A model generated the notes under the pieces. That model made no database searches. It saw nothing but the letters and a program-made list of their open reading frames with translations, and was not told the DNA's origin. A program made the position numbers and the translations under genes. Below, piece by piece: positions 1-15,754 of a stretch of DNA of 64,000 nt. How positions within the stretch are numbered: position 1 is the stretch's first letter; the number at the start of each line of letters is the position of its first letter. Source of the DNA: Octopus vulgaris (Eukaryota); NCBI GenBank assembly GCA_951406725.2, contig OX597836.1:18414001-18478000 (forward strand), given 5' to 3'.

Positions 1-530
<530 letters not shown>

Positions 531-870
531 TGACAGATAGAATAGGTAGAAAAGGGAGAGAGAGAGAGAACAAAAGATTGTTTGCATGTGATACGTATGT
601 GATGTATGTGGTGGGGTGGGGAAGACTAAAGATTTAATTCCACGTTCTAATCTATCTGTGGTCGGTTCATCATGCTCATTGAGAGATGGTGAAGGCGGTG
701 GGGTAACTGATCTAAGGAAAAAGAGAGAGATGCAGAGAAGACAGGATAAAAAGAGAGAGGGCGGAAGATGAAGAGATAGGGAAGAAGAGACGGACAGATA
801 GGAGTAAGAACATGGAGGGAGAGAGAGAGAGAGAGAGAGAGAAGAAAGAAAGAAAGAATGAAAGAAAGAC

Positions 871-913
<43 letters not shown>

Positions 914-1774
914 AGAAAAGAAAGAAAGAAACAGAGAAAGAAAGGTAGAAAGAAAGAAAGAAAGAAAGAAAGGAAGAAAGAAAGAAAGAAAGAAAGAAGA
1001 AAAGAAAGAAAAAAGAAAGAAAGAAAAAGAAAGAAAGAAGGAAAGAAATAAAAAAGAAAGAAAGAAAGAAAGAAAGAATGAAAGAGCATCAAAGTAAGAA
1101 AAATGGATTTAGAGAATGAAAGAAGCGTGAGAGAGATGGACAGAATAAATAGAGAAAGAGAAAGAGATTAAGAAATTAAGAGGGAAGAAGAAAGAAAAAA
1201 GAATGAATTAATGGATGAATGAATGAATGAATGAATGAATGAAGCGTGGGAGAGAAGGAGAGAATAAAGACAGAAAGAGAAACAGAGAAAGAAAGAAATT
1301 GGGAAAAACTGGAAAAGAAAGAAAGAAAGAATATAAACAAAAGATTGAGAGAAAGAGATTAAGAAATGAGGAAGAAGAACGAAAGAGTTTGTGTGTGCGT
1401 GTGCATGAGTGAGTGTGTGTGTGTGTGTGTGTGTGTGGCAGAGAGGTGGGAGAGGGAAGGAAGGAGAGAATGAAGATAATCTGGTGAGAAAGAAAGAAAG
1501 AAAGAAAGGAGGAAAGGAAAGACGGGAAGAAGGCGCAGTTAGGGATCATTCAGTAGGAAAACAGGGAGCTTAGGGGCTGTCTTACTAAATCTGTTTTGGC
1601 AGAGACTTACGCAATGGATTAAAGTGTATCTGTGTGTATGTGTAGGTATATATATATATATGTATATATACAATTAGGAATAGGTGCGTGCATGTATGTA
1701 AAGAGAATTATATTATGATGTGCATAGATGTAGGCCTATGAAATTTTAGAGGTGCGTACATGTACGTGTATATA

Positions 1775-1818
<44 letters not shown>

Positions 1819-1844
1819 CATATATATATATATGTATATATATG

Positions 1845-1894
<50 letters not shown>

Positions 1895-2095
1895 TGTATA
1901 TATATATGTATGTATATATATATCTATGTATATGTATATATAAAGGTAATGTTATTAGGTGTGCGTGAGTGCATGTACATAATTATTAAATGGTGTGTGT
2001 GTAAACATACATAAATATATATATATATGTGTGAGTATGTGTGTGAATATCATTATATAGATATATGCAAATACATATATATATATAGATATATG

Positions 2096-2139
<44 letters not shown>

Positions 2140-2534
2140 CAGAGAGATAAAGAAAGAGAGAGATGCGTGTGTCTATGGATATATCATCTTCAAAGACGTA
2201 CGCGTGTGTATAATTGTATACAAGTGTATATATACATAATTGTCTATAGGTACGTGTGAGTATAGGCATTCATTAATCTGTTACATAGTACCCAACTGTA
2301 CATAAATACTTTAACTGCACACACACTCAAACACATGCACGTGCTTGCGTGTGTATACATACACATATGCATAAACATACATGTATGTGTGTGAACACAT
2401 GCATCCACAAACATACTTCCATATGTATATACACGCATAGAAATATACGCATATATATATACGTACATATAAGTGTATATACATATACATATACGTATAT
2501 ATGTGTGTGTGCATATATGTATTTTTCTACATAC

Positions 2535-2602
<68 letters not shown>

Positions 2603-2762
2603 GTATATATATATATGCAAACAAATTGTATAACCATATCAGTGCATGAGTATATGAATGCATGTGTGTATGTCTGTATACAAGTATGTATGGATGGATG
2701 CATGATGGCGCAAACAGGACAAATAGAGCTCAACACATGAATATATACTTTTATGTACTTAC

Positions 2763-3322
<560 letters not shown>

Positions 3323-3546
3323 CTCTTTTACTCTTTTATTGTGTTTTACTTGTTTCTGTCATCTGACAGCGGCCATGCTGGAGCACCGTCTTTCGTCGAG
3401 CAAATCGACCCCTGGACGTATTCTTTGTAAGCCTAGTACTTATTCTATCGGTATCTTTTGCCGAACCGTTAAGTTATGGGGGACGTAAACACACCAGCTT
3501 CGGTTGTCAAGCGATGTCGGGGGGACAAACACAGACACACATATAC

Positions 3547-3616
<70 letters not shown>

Positions 3617-3947
3617 GCTCGAAACGTTAAAGACTTGTTTTATTTATATTTCCTGAGCGCCATACTAATACAATTGTTTGTTTGTATTCCACCTGCCTTC
3701 GTCTTTTGTTTATTTCCGTAAACCTGCCTTCGTCTTTTGTCTATTTTCATAAAGCTTCCCGTTATATATATGTATATATATATATATATATATATACATA
3801 TATACGACGGGCTTCTTTCAGTTTCCGTCAACCAAATCCACTCACAAAGCTTCCGTCGGCCCGAAGCTATAGTAGAAGACACTTGCCCAAAGTACTGGAA
3901 CCATGTGGTTGGTAAGCAAGCTACTTATCACACAGCCACTCCTGCGA
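3323..3947 (-). mobile_element. SINE family A with a foreign insert (about 3612-3760) in its microsatellite
   Basis: Both SINE halves are recognisable around the (TA)n tract and the insert. Confidence 0.82.
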
Positions 3948-3983
3948 CTATTATCATCATCATCATCATCATCGTCATCATCA

Positions 3984-4029
<46 letters not shown>

Positions 4030-4088
4030 CATCATCATTATTATTATTATCATTATTATTATTATTATTATTATTATCATTATTATTA

Positions 4089-4140
<52 letters not shown>

Positions 4141-5913
4141 CATCATTATTATTATTATTATTATTATTATTAATATCATTATCATTATCATTATTATTAT
4201 TGTTGTTGTTGTGTGTCGTATTGTGCTTGTATGGCTTATTCGTCTAACCACACGCCGCCACGTCGGTTTCGTGAGTTTTTGTCTTTATTTTGTTGCTAAT
4301 GTCTGTTTCCTCTTAATTTTCTTTGGCACATTGTATGTCCGCCCTTGAGCAGCGCAGAGGGGTCTAACTAAAAGCAATTTTTATATACCCTAAGTGGCAA
4401 ATTTCCGAAAAGAATTTTTTCTTTTCGAAAACTTTCGAAAAATTTGCTAAAAAATTTAGCATGATGGAGCTTTTTTCGCCAAACCAACAAGAGAGGATGG
4501 TCGCAGACGGGAATTAGTGTCTTCCTACGCCTGCCAGTCAAGCTAACCTGTCTACGCCTCAAAACATAGAAGGTGGTAGCAACAACAACAACAGTAGCAG
4601 ACAATATGAAGGAGATTTTCCTTTGCTCCCTACACTGCCATCACCACCCCGGCAAGGGAAGGAAGTGACAAAAAAAAACTGTGAAAATGGTACCGCCTTC
4701 GCCGCCATCTTCACCAGCGGCAACAGCAGTTCGGCAGGGACCAACGAAAAAATAATAAAAGAAAAAAAAACGAAAGATTTAAATCAAAGATGTTTGCAGC
4801 AGCAACTCGAGAGACTTACGAAGGAATTTTTTTTCAGGAAGATGAATATAAAGAGCTAAGAAGTATGTTAGAGAAAATTGGGAGAAATATCCAACTTAAT
4901 GTTCCCGTGTCTGTTCAGCAAAACACTTTACGGACAATAATAATAACAATAATAAAAATCATATGTCTTGGCATAAATGATGGGCTACAGCAAATATTCT
5001 GCTCAATACCACAGATTTGCTCGTCAGTTGTTTGACTTTAACCAGTTGACCATGTCCCTTAGTGGCTGACGATATGTGCATCTCTGATCATGAGCAGAAG
5101 TAGTGGAGGAGCATCATAGCCATGTGTTGAGAGGGATTATTTGGGGTTTCAATAATTCACCTCTGGAAACATGGGTGAAGGTTTGTAAGACAGTTCCCAA
5201 TTTCTCCATGTGAGCTTCTTATGTCAATAGATCCACACACTTGGGTGTATGCATCGACAGTTTAACCAACTCATCTACTCAACCACATATTCACAAATAT
5301 CTGGAACTCGACTCAAAAGTCTTGTCCCTTTGTTAGTGACCAGCTTGAACTCTCTTCCATGCAGAACAAGTTAAGGGATAGACACCAAACTAATATGGAC
5401 TCCCTCTGCACATAGGTAAGTAGGAGCCAAAATCACTACCTAAAAAGAAGTAAATTTACGGAAGCATCGGTGACAATTCAAAACCAACTGGACCTCAAAG
5501 AGAGAGAAAGGAACCATCTTCAGAGAAAAACCTATGACGTAATGTATCAAAATCTGAAAGGGCCCTACAAGGTTGACTTCTCTTTTGACAACCAGAAAAG
5601 GCAGAGCTGGAAAAGAAACTTCCGAGGGGTAAAAGAAAAACAATCTAGAATCGAGGACAGTTGAGAAAAGAATTCGATGGCTTATACTCCATAGAGGACG
5701 AAGAGTTTAAGTAAAAAGTAATCCTCATGTGATGGGCTTCCACACAGTTTCCGACTACTATATTCACTTGCAATGAATTGCTCGGCAATGATAATAGTAT
5801 AAGATACTTGCCCAATGTGCCTCGCAGTGGGACTGAATCTGAAAACGCACTATTGCAACGAGAGCCTTTTAACCACACCGCCATGGCTCAGTTGTTAGGT
5901 ATGAATGCATGTA

Positions 5914-5961
<48 letters not shown>

Positions 5962-5965
<4 letters not shown>

Positions 5966-6142
5966 CGGTATTTCGTCTGTCTTTACGTTCTGAGTTCAAA
6001 TTCCGCCGAGGTCGACTTTGCCTTTCATCCTCTCAGGGTCGATAAATAAAGTACCAGTTTCGCACTGGGGTCGATGTAATCGACTTAATCCCTTTGTCTG
6101 TCCTTGTTTGTCCCCTCTATGTTTAGCCCCTTGTGGGCAATA
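5962..6142 (+). mobile_element. SINE family B, 5'-truncated
   Basis: TTAGCGGTATTTCGTCTG...GCCCCTTGTGGGCAATAAA. Confidence 0.85.
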
Positions 6143-6370
6143 AATATATATATATAATGGAATAATTACTGTGAAACATTGTGTAGAATGTATTGTATAA
6201 AAGATCGTAGGTAATGTCAAAACAATGCGAAGTAAATGCATGGTAAATCACAAGAAAAACAAATATGTGAATTAATGTAGACTTACCTTATATTAATCCC
6301 CATATTTGTTTTCTTGTGAATTACCTTGCATTTACTTCGCCTTGTTTTGGCATTACCCGCGATATTTTAT

Positions 6371-6430
<60 letters not shown>

Positions 6431-6434
<4 letters not shown>

Positions 6435-6805
6435 TGTGTGGTAAGTAGCTTGCTAACCAACCACATGGTTCCGGGTTCAGTCCCACTGCGTGGCATCTTG
6501 GGCAAGTTTCTTCTGCTATAGCCCCGGGCCGACCAATGCCTTGTGAGTGGATTTGGTAGACGGAAACTGAAAGAAGCCTGTCGTATATATGTATATATAT
6601 ATAAGTGTGTATGTATATGTTTGTGTGTCTGTGTTTTTTCCCCCAGCATTGCTTGACAACCGATGCTGGTGTGTTTACGTCACCGTCACTTAGCGGTAGA
6701 ATAAGTACTGGGCTTACAAAGAATAAGTCCCGGAGTCGATTTGCTCGACTAAAGGCGGTGCTCCAGCATGGCCGCAGTCAAATGACTGAAACAATTAAAA
6801 TAGTA
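6431..6805 (+). mobile_element. SINE family A
   Basis: Matches 25890-26297, with a short internal deletion and a missing 5' tip. Confidence 0.85.
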
Positions 6806-6808
6806 TAG

Positions 6809-6853
<45 letters not shown>

Positions 6854-6855
<2 letters not shown>

Positions 6856-7187
6856 GGGCTCAGTGGTTAGAGCGTCGAACTTACGATCGTGAGGTTGTGA
6901 GCTCGAATCCCGGACCGGGCTGCGTGTTGTGTTCTTGAGCAAGGCACTTTATTTTCACGTTGCTCCAGTTCACTCAGCTGTAAAAATGAGTTGCGACGTC
7001 ACTGGTGCCAAGCTGTATCGACCTTTGTCTTCCCTTGGATAACACTGGTGGCGTGGAGAGGGAGGCTGGTATGCATGGGCGACTGCTGGTCTTCCATAAA
7101 CAACCTTGCCCGGACTTGTGTCTAGGAGGGTAACTTTCTAGGTGCAATCCCATGGTCATTCATGACCGAAGGGGGTCTTTACCCTTT
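6854..7187 (+). mobile_element. tRNA-derived SINE (family D) with Meta/MESC-like central domain, inserted in (TA)n
   Basis: GGCTCAGTGGTTAGAGC...GCTCGAATCCC head, followed by GTGTTGTGTTCTTGAGCAAGGCACTT...CACTCAGCTGTAAAAATGAGT. Confidence 0.8.
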
Positions 7188-7231
7188 ATATATATACACC
7201 CTAATTGAGGGAATGAAGCAGGTAAAATCCA

Positions 7232-7314
7232 GGTTACATATATTTCCTAACTAACGCATCCTCGGAAGTAATAATTACTCAACGAGGATTACTCCACTAG
7301 CTATTCATCAGGCC
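7232..7314 (-). ncRNA. Minimal type I hammerhead-like motif (antisense partner)
   Basis: Minus strand: CTGATGA-ATAGCTAG...ATCCTCG...CGAGGAT...TTAGTTAG-GAAA-TATATG-TA. Confidence 0.5.
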
Positions 7315-7343
7315 GAAGATACATTGGTTAAATGAAAGTTACA

Positions 7344-7428
7344 TTGTCTGATGAGTAGCTAGTGGAGCACCTCACGTTCAGTAATTATTACTTCCAAAAT
7401 TCTGCTAGCTAGGAAACATATGTAGCCT
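7344..7428 (+). ncRNA. Minimal type I hammerhead-like motif
   Basis: CTGATGA (7348-7354), TAGCTAG...CTAGCTA stem II, GAAA (7413-7416), palindromic CATATG, GTA site (7422-7424). Stem I and the base of stem II are imperfect. Confidence 0.6.
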
Positions 7429-7670
7429 CGATTTTACCTGCTCCACTCCTTCAATTTGGATTTTTATTCGCATTCATAGCTATCCCTAGATGCTAGCCCA
7501 GAACTAAAACATAACTTTTTTCAGCTTCTCCAACTTCGATATGGGAAAAACCTGCAACATTCTACGCCAATAAACTATTATTGTTCCTGAAAGTGTTTTA
7601 TATCTTCAACGGATTGTTTGAAGCTAACCAGCTTCTCACACCTTGATCCTTGGATCTTACCTTTACATAT

Positions 7671-7720
<50 letters not shown>

Positions 7721-8614
7721 ATGCATACATACATACACACACACATGTACATGTATATATATATTAAATGTATATATATATATATATATATATATCCATG
7801 CATACATACATACACACACACATGTACATGTACATGTATATATATATTATATGTATATATGTATATATATATATATACACACAAATTCACATACACACAT
7901 ACTTACACACACACACACACACATGTACATGTATATATATATATATATTTATATACACACAAACTCACATACACACATACACGCACACATACACACACAC
8001 ACATACATATATATACGTATATGAATTTGTGTTGCACGATTCTTGTTATATTTCGGGATGGTCATTGTTTTGATTTTATTTTGCCAAATAAAAACACGCA
8101 CATTATATTTGCTCTTTACTCGTTTATTAATGTCCTTATTCTGACCCATGTCCATTGTCCGGAAATCTTTCCGCACAAATCTGTGACCTCCTCAACAACA
8201 CTTTCCGTCTTCGTGTGTTGTGTGCTCTTGCTCTGCTAATTTTCTATCCGGTTCTTCTATGATGTGTATACTTACATGCGCATGCGTCTGCGTTTGCGTG
8301 TGTATGTGTGTGCACATGTGTTAGTGTCTGTGTCATTGTTCTTAGTAGCACTATGACCCTCCCCTCATCCTCCGTCCCCTACTCCTAAACGAATGAAGAA
8401 CGAATTATAGTGCGTGTGTTTATTTAGCAAAATAAATGAGCATCCCAAAATACAACACACACACACAAACACACACACACCTACACACACAAACACACAC
8501 ACACACACACCTACACACACATACACACATATATATATATGTATATATGCTTGTATGTATTTAAGATAACTGTTTAATCAATAAATTGCTTCATACATAT
8601 TTTAGAGCAGCGTT

Positions 8615-9052
8615 TTATACCCGTTTGATAACACTCTGCTGAAAACGCCCCTGGTTCTATGGTACAAATTCCTTCATTTTGTTCGGTCTAAATTAAAATC
8701 TTCCATCAGAATTTTCAAGTTAATTTGTTCCAAATCCATTATTTTCATAAATTCTTCATTATTTTCAACATTAAATGAAACGATGTCGGTGAATTTTAAC
8801 CTAAATACATAACAAAGGGGTTAAACATTGTAGGACTTCATCAGTTTTTATGTTTTGTACCTCACCTAAAACCATCCCTCGTTCTATGATACAAACTACT
8901 TCTTGCTTTAAAGTGACCTAAATTAAAACCTATCAGAATTCATTCTACTTTAGGTTCCAAACACCAGCTTGATATTAAATTATTTTACTAAATTTTTCAT
9001 CATTTCAAAAATTAATTGGAAGTCAGGTAATGTATTAAGAAAAAGGGTTAAC
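8615..9052. mobile_element. Two degenerate copies of a MITE-like repeat ending AAAGGGTTAA (piggyBac-like TTAA end)
   Basis: About 8640-8824 and 8868-9051 share GTTCTATG.TACAAA...CTAAATTAAAA...ATCAGAATT...GTTCCAAA and end in GGGTTAA. Confidence 0.45.
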
Positions 9053-10374
9053 TGTTTTTATTCGAATCCATCATTTCAGCTTCACATTTTATCTTTTTTT
9101 CAAGAGCGCGATACTATTAAAGCAGAATATTTATTGGTTATATAGAAATCTTCAAAATGCCAGAAAAAAATATAAGCAATGAAAACTACCAAAGAAAAAA
9201 GTAAAATATTTTTTTAAATGTCATTCTTCATTTATAAAGCTTTATCTTATAAAATTATTGGATATTGAAGCAAGATATCTTATCACGTGACCTATCTCGA
9301 CAATTTAATATTTAAATTAATATTAAGCTGGCCATATCCGGCTCAAATAATCTACCGTATCCGCCTCTTACACCTACCCTACAATATCATTCTAAAAATA
9401 AATAATCACTTCATTGGAATCCCAAATCTATGAGATAATGTGTTATCAATTCTAAGCGATGTGAATAAACACTTCGTTTGTCAGAGTAATCTGAATTCTA
9501 AAGGGCAAAAAGTTATATTTTTTTTTACTTATTTCAGTGATTGGCCCTCCACCGACCAGGGACACTGCCTTGAAAGATTTTAGCAGAACAAATAGACCCC
9601 ACCAGCCCGTTACTTACCCTTTAGGTTTCTATTGTTGACCCACTAAATTATGGAGATGTAAACAAAACAACACCATTTGTCAAGTTTTTGGGTGGCAAAA
9701 AACAAACACCGGTCTTGTCATCGAAACCATGGTCTCCTGATTATGAGTGCAACACGCTCACCAGTAGGCCGTGAGCCTGCGCCAGTTGATACAGATTCGT
9801 TAGATTAGTCAAAACCTAAAGACATCTCGAACAGGCGGCCGAACTGCGGTGAGATAACTTTAATAAGGAAATACTATAAGCGTATTAATGTTGCAATTCA
9901 TTCTTTACTAGAAGAATATTTACTTAGTACAATTTAACATCAGACTCGATTTAATACTTATTTTACAAACACATAATTGAGACTCTTTGGATCAAAAATT
10001 GTTTGTATATACTCAATTATTTCTGACACAAACGAGTCGATAAAACCATTAGATACAATCAAACTTCGACGACCTATAAGTAAAAAATATTTGAGAAAGA
10101 CTTCGAAAATAGATGGTAGAAACGTAATCACACACGCGCACACACTAGCACACACACGCGCGCACTTGCGCATGCGCGTGTTTATGTTTATACAGAATAC
10201 GTTTACATATATGTATATAAGTATATATATTTACATATAGTTACACATACACATATGTATGTCCATCTATATATATATACATATATATATGTATATGTAT
10301 ATAAATATATATGTATAAATATACATACATATTTATGTCTCTATGAATAGATATACGGTGGTATGTACATATTA

Positions 10375-10406
<32 letters not shown>

Positions 10407-10600
10407 ATAAGTGTTTGTGTATGTTCATACGTATATGCACACACACACAGATACATATTTATATATTTATGCACACACACACAATAATTGCAGACTGCTC
10501 TTAACATATATGTGTGAGAGTGTGTGTATGTGTGTAATGTGTGGGTGTATATTTATGTAGGTAAATATATATATATATATTTGTGTGTGTGTGTGTGTAA

Positions 10601-10669
<69 letters not shown>

Positions 10670-10710
10670 TATGTATGTACGTATTTTTATAAATATATAT
10701 ATATGCATAA

Positions 10711-10746
<36 letters not shown>

Positions 10747-10827
10747 TGTGTGTGTGCATAAATATATAAATATATATGTGCGTATGTGTGTGCATATACA
10801 TATGTACATACACATACACAAACACTT

Positions 10828-10869
<42 letters not shown>

Positions 10870-11004
10870 TTCAACACAATGTAACAGGCGACATATTCTC
10901 AGGAACGGTGCCCATTAATAATATTCTACACTAGCAAAATATTGTGAGAGAGTAAACATCTTTACTTTTCTAATTTACAAAGCGTTTTACAATATGTATG
11001 TATA

Positions 11005-11044
<40 letters not shown>

Positions 11045-11151
11045 TTGTGTATGTATATATGTGTAAATACATATATATATGTATATATATATATGTATAT
11101 GCATATATATATATATTTATATATATATATGTATATGTATATATGTATATG

Positions 11152-11214
<63 letters not shown>

Positions 11215-11342
11215 CTCTTGATATATATAAAATCCCAGAATATGTGTCATGATATCCACCCATTATATTATAAAATATTTATAGAGATAAAAGATATGTA
11301 CCATAATTCTGTAATACTTGCGCGCGCGCACATACACACTTA

Positions 11343-11433
<91 letters not shown>

Positions 11434-12050
11434 GCATATATATGTAAACATATATACACAGAAACATAGTTATACGCACATATATATATATACATATACA
11501 TACTTGAATGTGTATACATATACATAATCTGTAAATATGTATATATACATGTGTGTACGTATTTATATATGTGTGTGGTCGTGTGTGTGTGTGTTTGTAT
11601 GTGTGTGTGTGTGTGTGTATTTCAAACATACTGGAATTCTGTAGGTAATTTAACGCACACACAAAAAAAAAATTAATAACGGTAATCAAAAATAAAGTAA
11701 AAAAATAACGACACATAATTATTGTAGGTTATAATTTAATGATAATTTTTTTAACACGGATAATTCATACGTAACATCAAATAGCCATTTCGAACATATG
11801 TTAGTTTTATAATTTAATAACAATTGTCATTATTGTGAGCAACGCGGCTTCAAACGAAACTAAATTCCCATATATTAATGTTGCTGGTTTTGCAACGGCG
11901 TCCTATTAAAATATAAAATTAATCTGTTCTCCACAGGAACGGTAAATCAGTGTTCAGATAACATTACAGAAAGCGTTGTGTGTGTGGCTGCGCGTGCGTG
12001 TGTGTCTGTGTGTCTGTGTGCGCACGTGTGTATTCATGTATATATATATG

Positions 12051-12209
<159 letters not shown>

Positions 12210-12429
12210 GTATGTATATATGTATATATAGTGGGTGCATAAAATGCAGTTTATTGAGACTGGAAGTCTGTCTCGCAAATTGAGTGTCACGCCAATGCAG
12301 TCCTCGAGCGAGAACTGTTCCGACTCTTGTATAGGTGATTTATTTACATCATTTGGTGTGTGAAATACTTCAGTATTTACACACACTCTCGCACACGTAC
12401 ACACGTACACACACACATACACACACACA

Positions 12430-12514
<85 letters not shown>

Positions 12515-12708
12515 CTTCTATCATTTACTTGTTTCAGTCCTTAGACTGCGCCCATGGTGGGACTCCGCCTTGAAGAATTTATTGTCGAATGTATCGATTC
12601 CAACACATTTTTAAGCGTGATACTTATTCTATCGATCCGTTTTGCCGAACTGCTAATTTACAGGGTCACAAATACACTAACAACGGTTGTCAAGCGGTGT
12701 AGGGGAAC

Positions 12709-13800
12709 GAAGGAACAGCGTACTTCCGTGAAATTCTGCTTCCTGCTGAAGGAAACGGAGACCGAAACCGCTTACAATGACGCTACCTTAGCAAAAGATG
12801 GGTTTTCGAAAGGTTTTTAGGCTTTAGGAATAGCCATTTGTCACTTGAAGACCAATCTCGTTCATGGCAACCGTCGACCTCCCGAACGAATGAAAACCTC
12901 ACGAAAATTCATGAACTGGACTTGGAGGACCGTAGCCGAACAATTGACGAACTTGATGATATGACTGGTGTGTCCTGGAGCTCCTGCCAGAGAATTTGGA
13001 GCGTCGAATTACGAATAAAAAGTGTTGCAGCCAAATTTATGCCTCACTTGCTCATGGAAGATCAAAAGCAGTCACGACTGAATGCGCGTCGTTAACTGAA
13101 AGAACAGCTTGAATTTGACCCAAACCTTTTTCCGCAGGTCATCACTGACAACGAAAGCTGGTGCTACGGCTACGATCCGGAAACAAAGCAGCAACCAAGT
13201 CAACGAAAGCATTCAATGTCATCACGCCCCAAAAATGCGTGTGAAGTGAAGTCCAGTGTCAAGACGATGCTGATTTGTTGCATGTATACGAAAGGAAATT
13301 GTCCACACAGAATTTGTTCCTCCTGGTCAAATTGCTAACCAGACATTTTACTTGACAGTTCTGAAACGTTTGCGAGACGCAGTGAGACGAAAACGTCCCG
13401 ACCTGTTGCAAAGTGGAGAATGGAGGTTTCATGAGAAGAGAATGGAGGTCAATGCGCATGCGCAAACTGCCTTGAGTGTGAAACAGTTTTTGACCAAAAA
13501 TGGTACGATCTCGCTTACCCACCCTCACTGTTCATCCGATCTTGCTCCCTGTGACTTTTTTCTGTTCTCCGAATGAAAAATGTCCTTAAAAGAAAATGTT
13601 TTGCATATGTGGAAGACATGAAGAAGAAAAAAAACAACGACGGATGCGTTAAAAGGCATCACTTCGCGAAAGTTCTACGACTTCGTATCGTGAAAAATGC
13701 GTCTGGACCGATGCTTTGCTTCAAATGGAGAAAACTCCGAAAGTGATCAAAGAGTAAACATATAAAACTAAGTGAATAAAATGATATTGCAAAATTCCGT
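12709..13800 (+). mobile_element. Degenerate mariner (DD34D-type) transposase pseudogene
   Basis: Fragments EQRTSVKFCF, LEDQSRSWQPSTS, AAKFMPHLL (WVPHEL-like), VITDNESWCYGYDPETKQQ, LKRLRDAVRRKRP, HPHCSSDLAPCDFFLF (YSPDLAPxD-like); interrupted by stops and frameshifts. Confidence 0.92.
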
Positions 13801-13997
13801 CGGTGACGCTTTCACGTGATTAGAGAAAAAGAGGGAGGGAGAAGTGTCCATGACGTGAGGCAGGGGGAACGTAATAGTTATTACGTGATTAAAAAGTTAG
13901 TTGAAGGTTGTGATGAAGAGGAAGAGACTGAACATATAAATTTAGCAGAGGGGTAATGTTCAGATGGTGAGGTTAAAGAAAGGCAGAGAAAGAGAGA

Positions 13998-14510
13998 CTG
14001 GTGGTGGTGGTGGTGGTGGTGGTGGTGGTGGTAGTGTTGTTGGTGGTGGTGGTGTTAGTGGTGGTGGTGGTGGTGATGGTGGTGGTGGAGGTAGTGGAGG
14101 TAGTGGTTGTGGTTGTGGTGGTGGTTGTGGTGGTGGTGGTGGTGGTAGTAGTGGTGGTGGTGGTGGTGGTGGAGGTGGTGGTGGTAGTGGTGGTGGTGGT
14201 AGTGGTGGTGGTGGTGGTGGTGGTGGTGGTGGTAGTGGTGGTAGTGGTTGTGGTGGTAGTTGTGGTGGTGTTAGTGGTGGTGGTGGTGGTGGTGGTGGTG
14301 ATGGTGGTGGTGGTGGAGGTAGTGGAGGTAGTGGTTGTGGTGGTGGTGGTGGTAGTGGTGGTGGTGGTGGAGGTGGTGGTGGTGATGATGGTGGTGGTGG
14401 TGGAGGTGGTAGTGGTAGTATTGGTGGTGGTGATGGTGGTGGTGGTGGTGGTGGTGGCGGTGTTAGTGGAGGTAGTGGAGGTAGTGGTAGTGGTGGTGGT
14501 GGTGGTAGTG
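13998..14510 (+). repeat. Imperfect (GGT)n tract with internal duplication
   Basis: Directly visible; the block GGTGTTAGTGGT...GATGGT...GGAGGTAGTGGAGGTAGTGGTTGT occurs twice. Confidence 0.95.
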
Positions 14511-15754
14511 GCGATACAACAGTTGTCTTTTGAGAGACGCTGGTGGTGGTATCGGTGGGGGTGGAGGTGGTGGCAGTGAGTGCTTAGTGAAAAGTGTAGG
14601 TTTTTTCATATCACCTACTACTTAACGCATGCGCATAAGTGCAATTCCATGAAATATTCATGCTTCTTTACGTGGTAGATATATACAGTTTAACTAAAGG
14701 TTGTATCATATGTGCAGGATATTTTTTTTATTTATGGGGAAAGTGCAAAAATAAGACTGTATACTTATTTTATAAATGCTGTGTATTAAGTCTATAAAAT
14801 TATATAAAGTGTATATATAAAGTGCATTAAGTAATCATCGTATTCCAGTTTCCTTCACTTTTCAATGAGTATACCAACACAACACAGGCTACGCTTTCAG
14901 GTTTTTTTGGATAAAGTTTTAAGAAATAACCCAATAGGTTTACTATTAAATTCCGTCAAATCCCGCTAGTCTATATAAATATACATATATTTACATATGT
15001 ATACATATATGTACGTTTGTGCGTGTTGGAGTGCACGAGTATGTGTTTGTGCGTTTGTGTGTGTGTGTATTTGCCAAGCAAATATGTATGTTATGTAAGT
15101 GTGTAGCTGTGTGTAAATTATGCATATAGGTGTGCTGAAGTTAAGCAGAGAAAGAAAGAGAAGGGAAGAGAGTGAATAAGTAGGGAGAAAGAGAGAGGAA
15201 AAGAAAGTGGGAGTGGTGAGAGGCGTGGGGGTGTTGTGTCCAAAAAGCTATTTTGAGGCGAAAATCGAAAATCGACAGTATATCTTTTATATTTTACCTG
15301 CTTCAATCATTAGAATGTGGCCATGTTGGGGCACCGCCTTCAAGAACTTTTGGTACTTGTCTTTATTTAGTCATTTATGTATTTATTGTTACGTCTGTCG
15401 CTTATTCCAGAGGCTCGTTTTGCCGAACTGCTAAGTTACGGACACGTAAACACACCAACACTGGCTGTCAGGTGTCAGTGGGGGTACAAACACACACACA
15501 TACGTCTGTAAATGCGCGCGCGCGCGTGTGTAATCTTAAATTGAAAACCGCATGCCTAACAATAGTAGAAATCCAGGGTTACCTGGTGGAAATAGTAATT
15601 TATTCCGCAATTTATCAAACTGAGAACAAGACCATTTGTAAGTTGTCTTTTGAGAGACACTGGTAAAGAAGAAAACGAAAAAGAAAAACAAAAGAAGATA
15701 ACCGTCGCTACAATATTCGATGTCAAGCAGTGTAAAGCGGATTTTAATGGTTTA

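Larger units (their letters stand above)
7203..7456. repeat. Inverted repeat with ~110-bp arms, each carrying a hammerhead-like motif (Penelope pLTR-like)
   Basis: 7203-7312 is the approximate reverse complement of 7347-7456. Confidence 0.85.

Noticed and set aside
4380-5700. Complex sequence with short ORFs, possibly a decayed LINE 5' region or exon
   Set aside because: No recognisable motif or consistent splice signals; cannot be assigned without a search.
13964-14533. 189-aa glycine-rich ORF
   Set aside because: It is a (GGT)n tract that is open in more than one frame; there is no other coding evidence.
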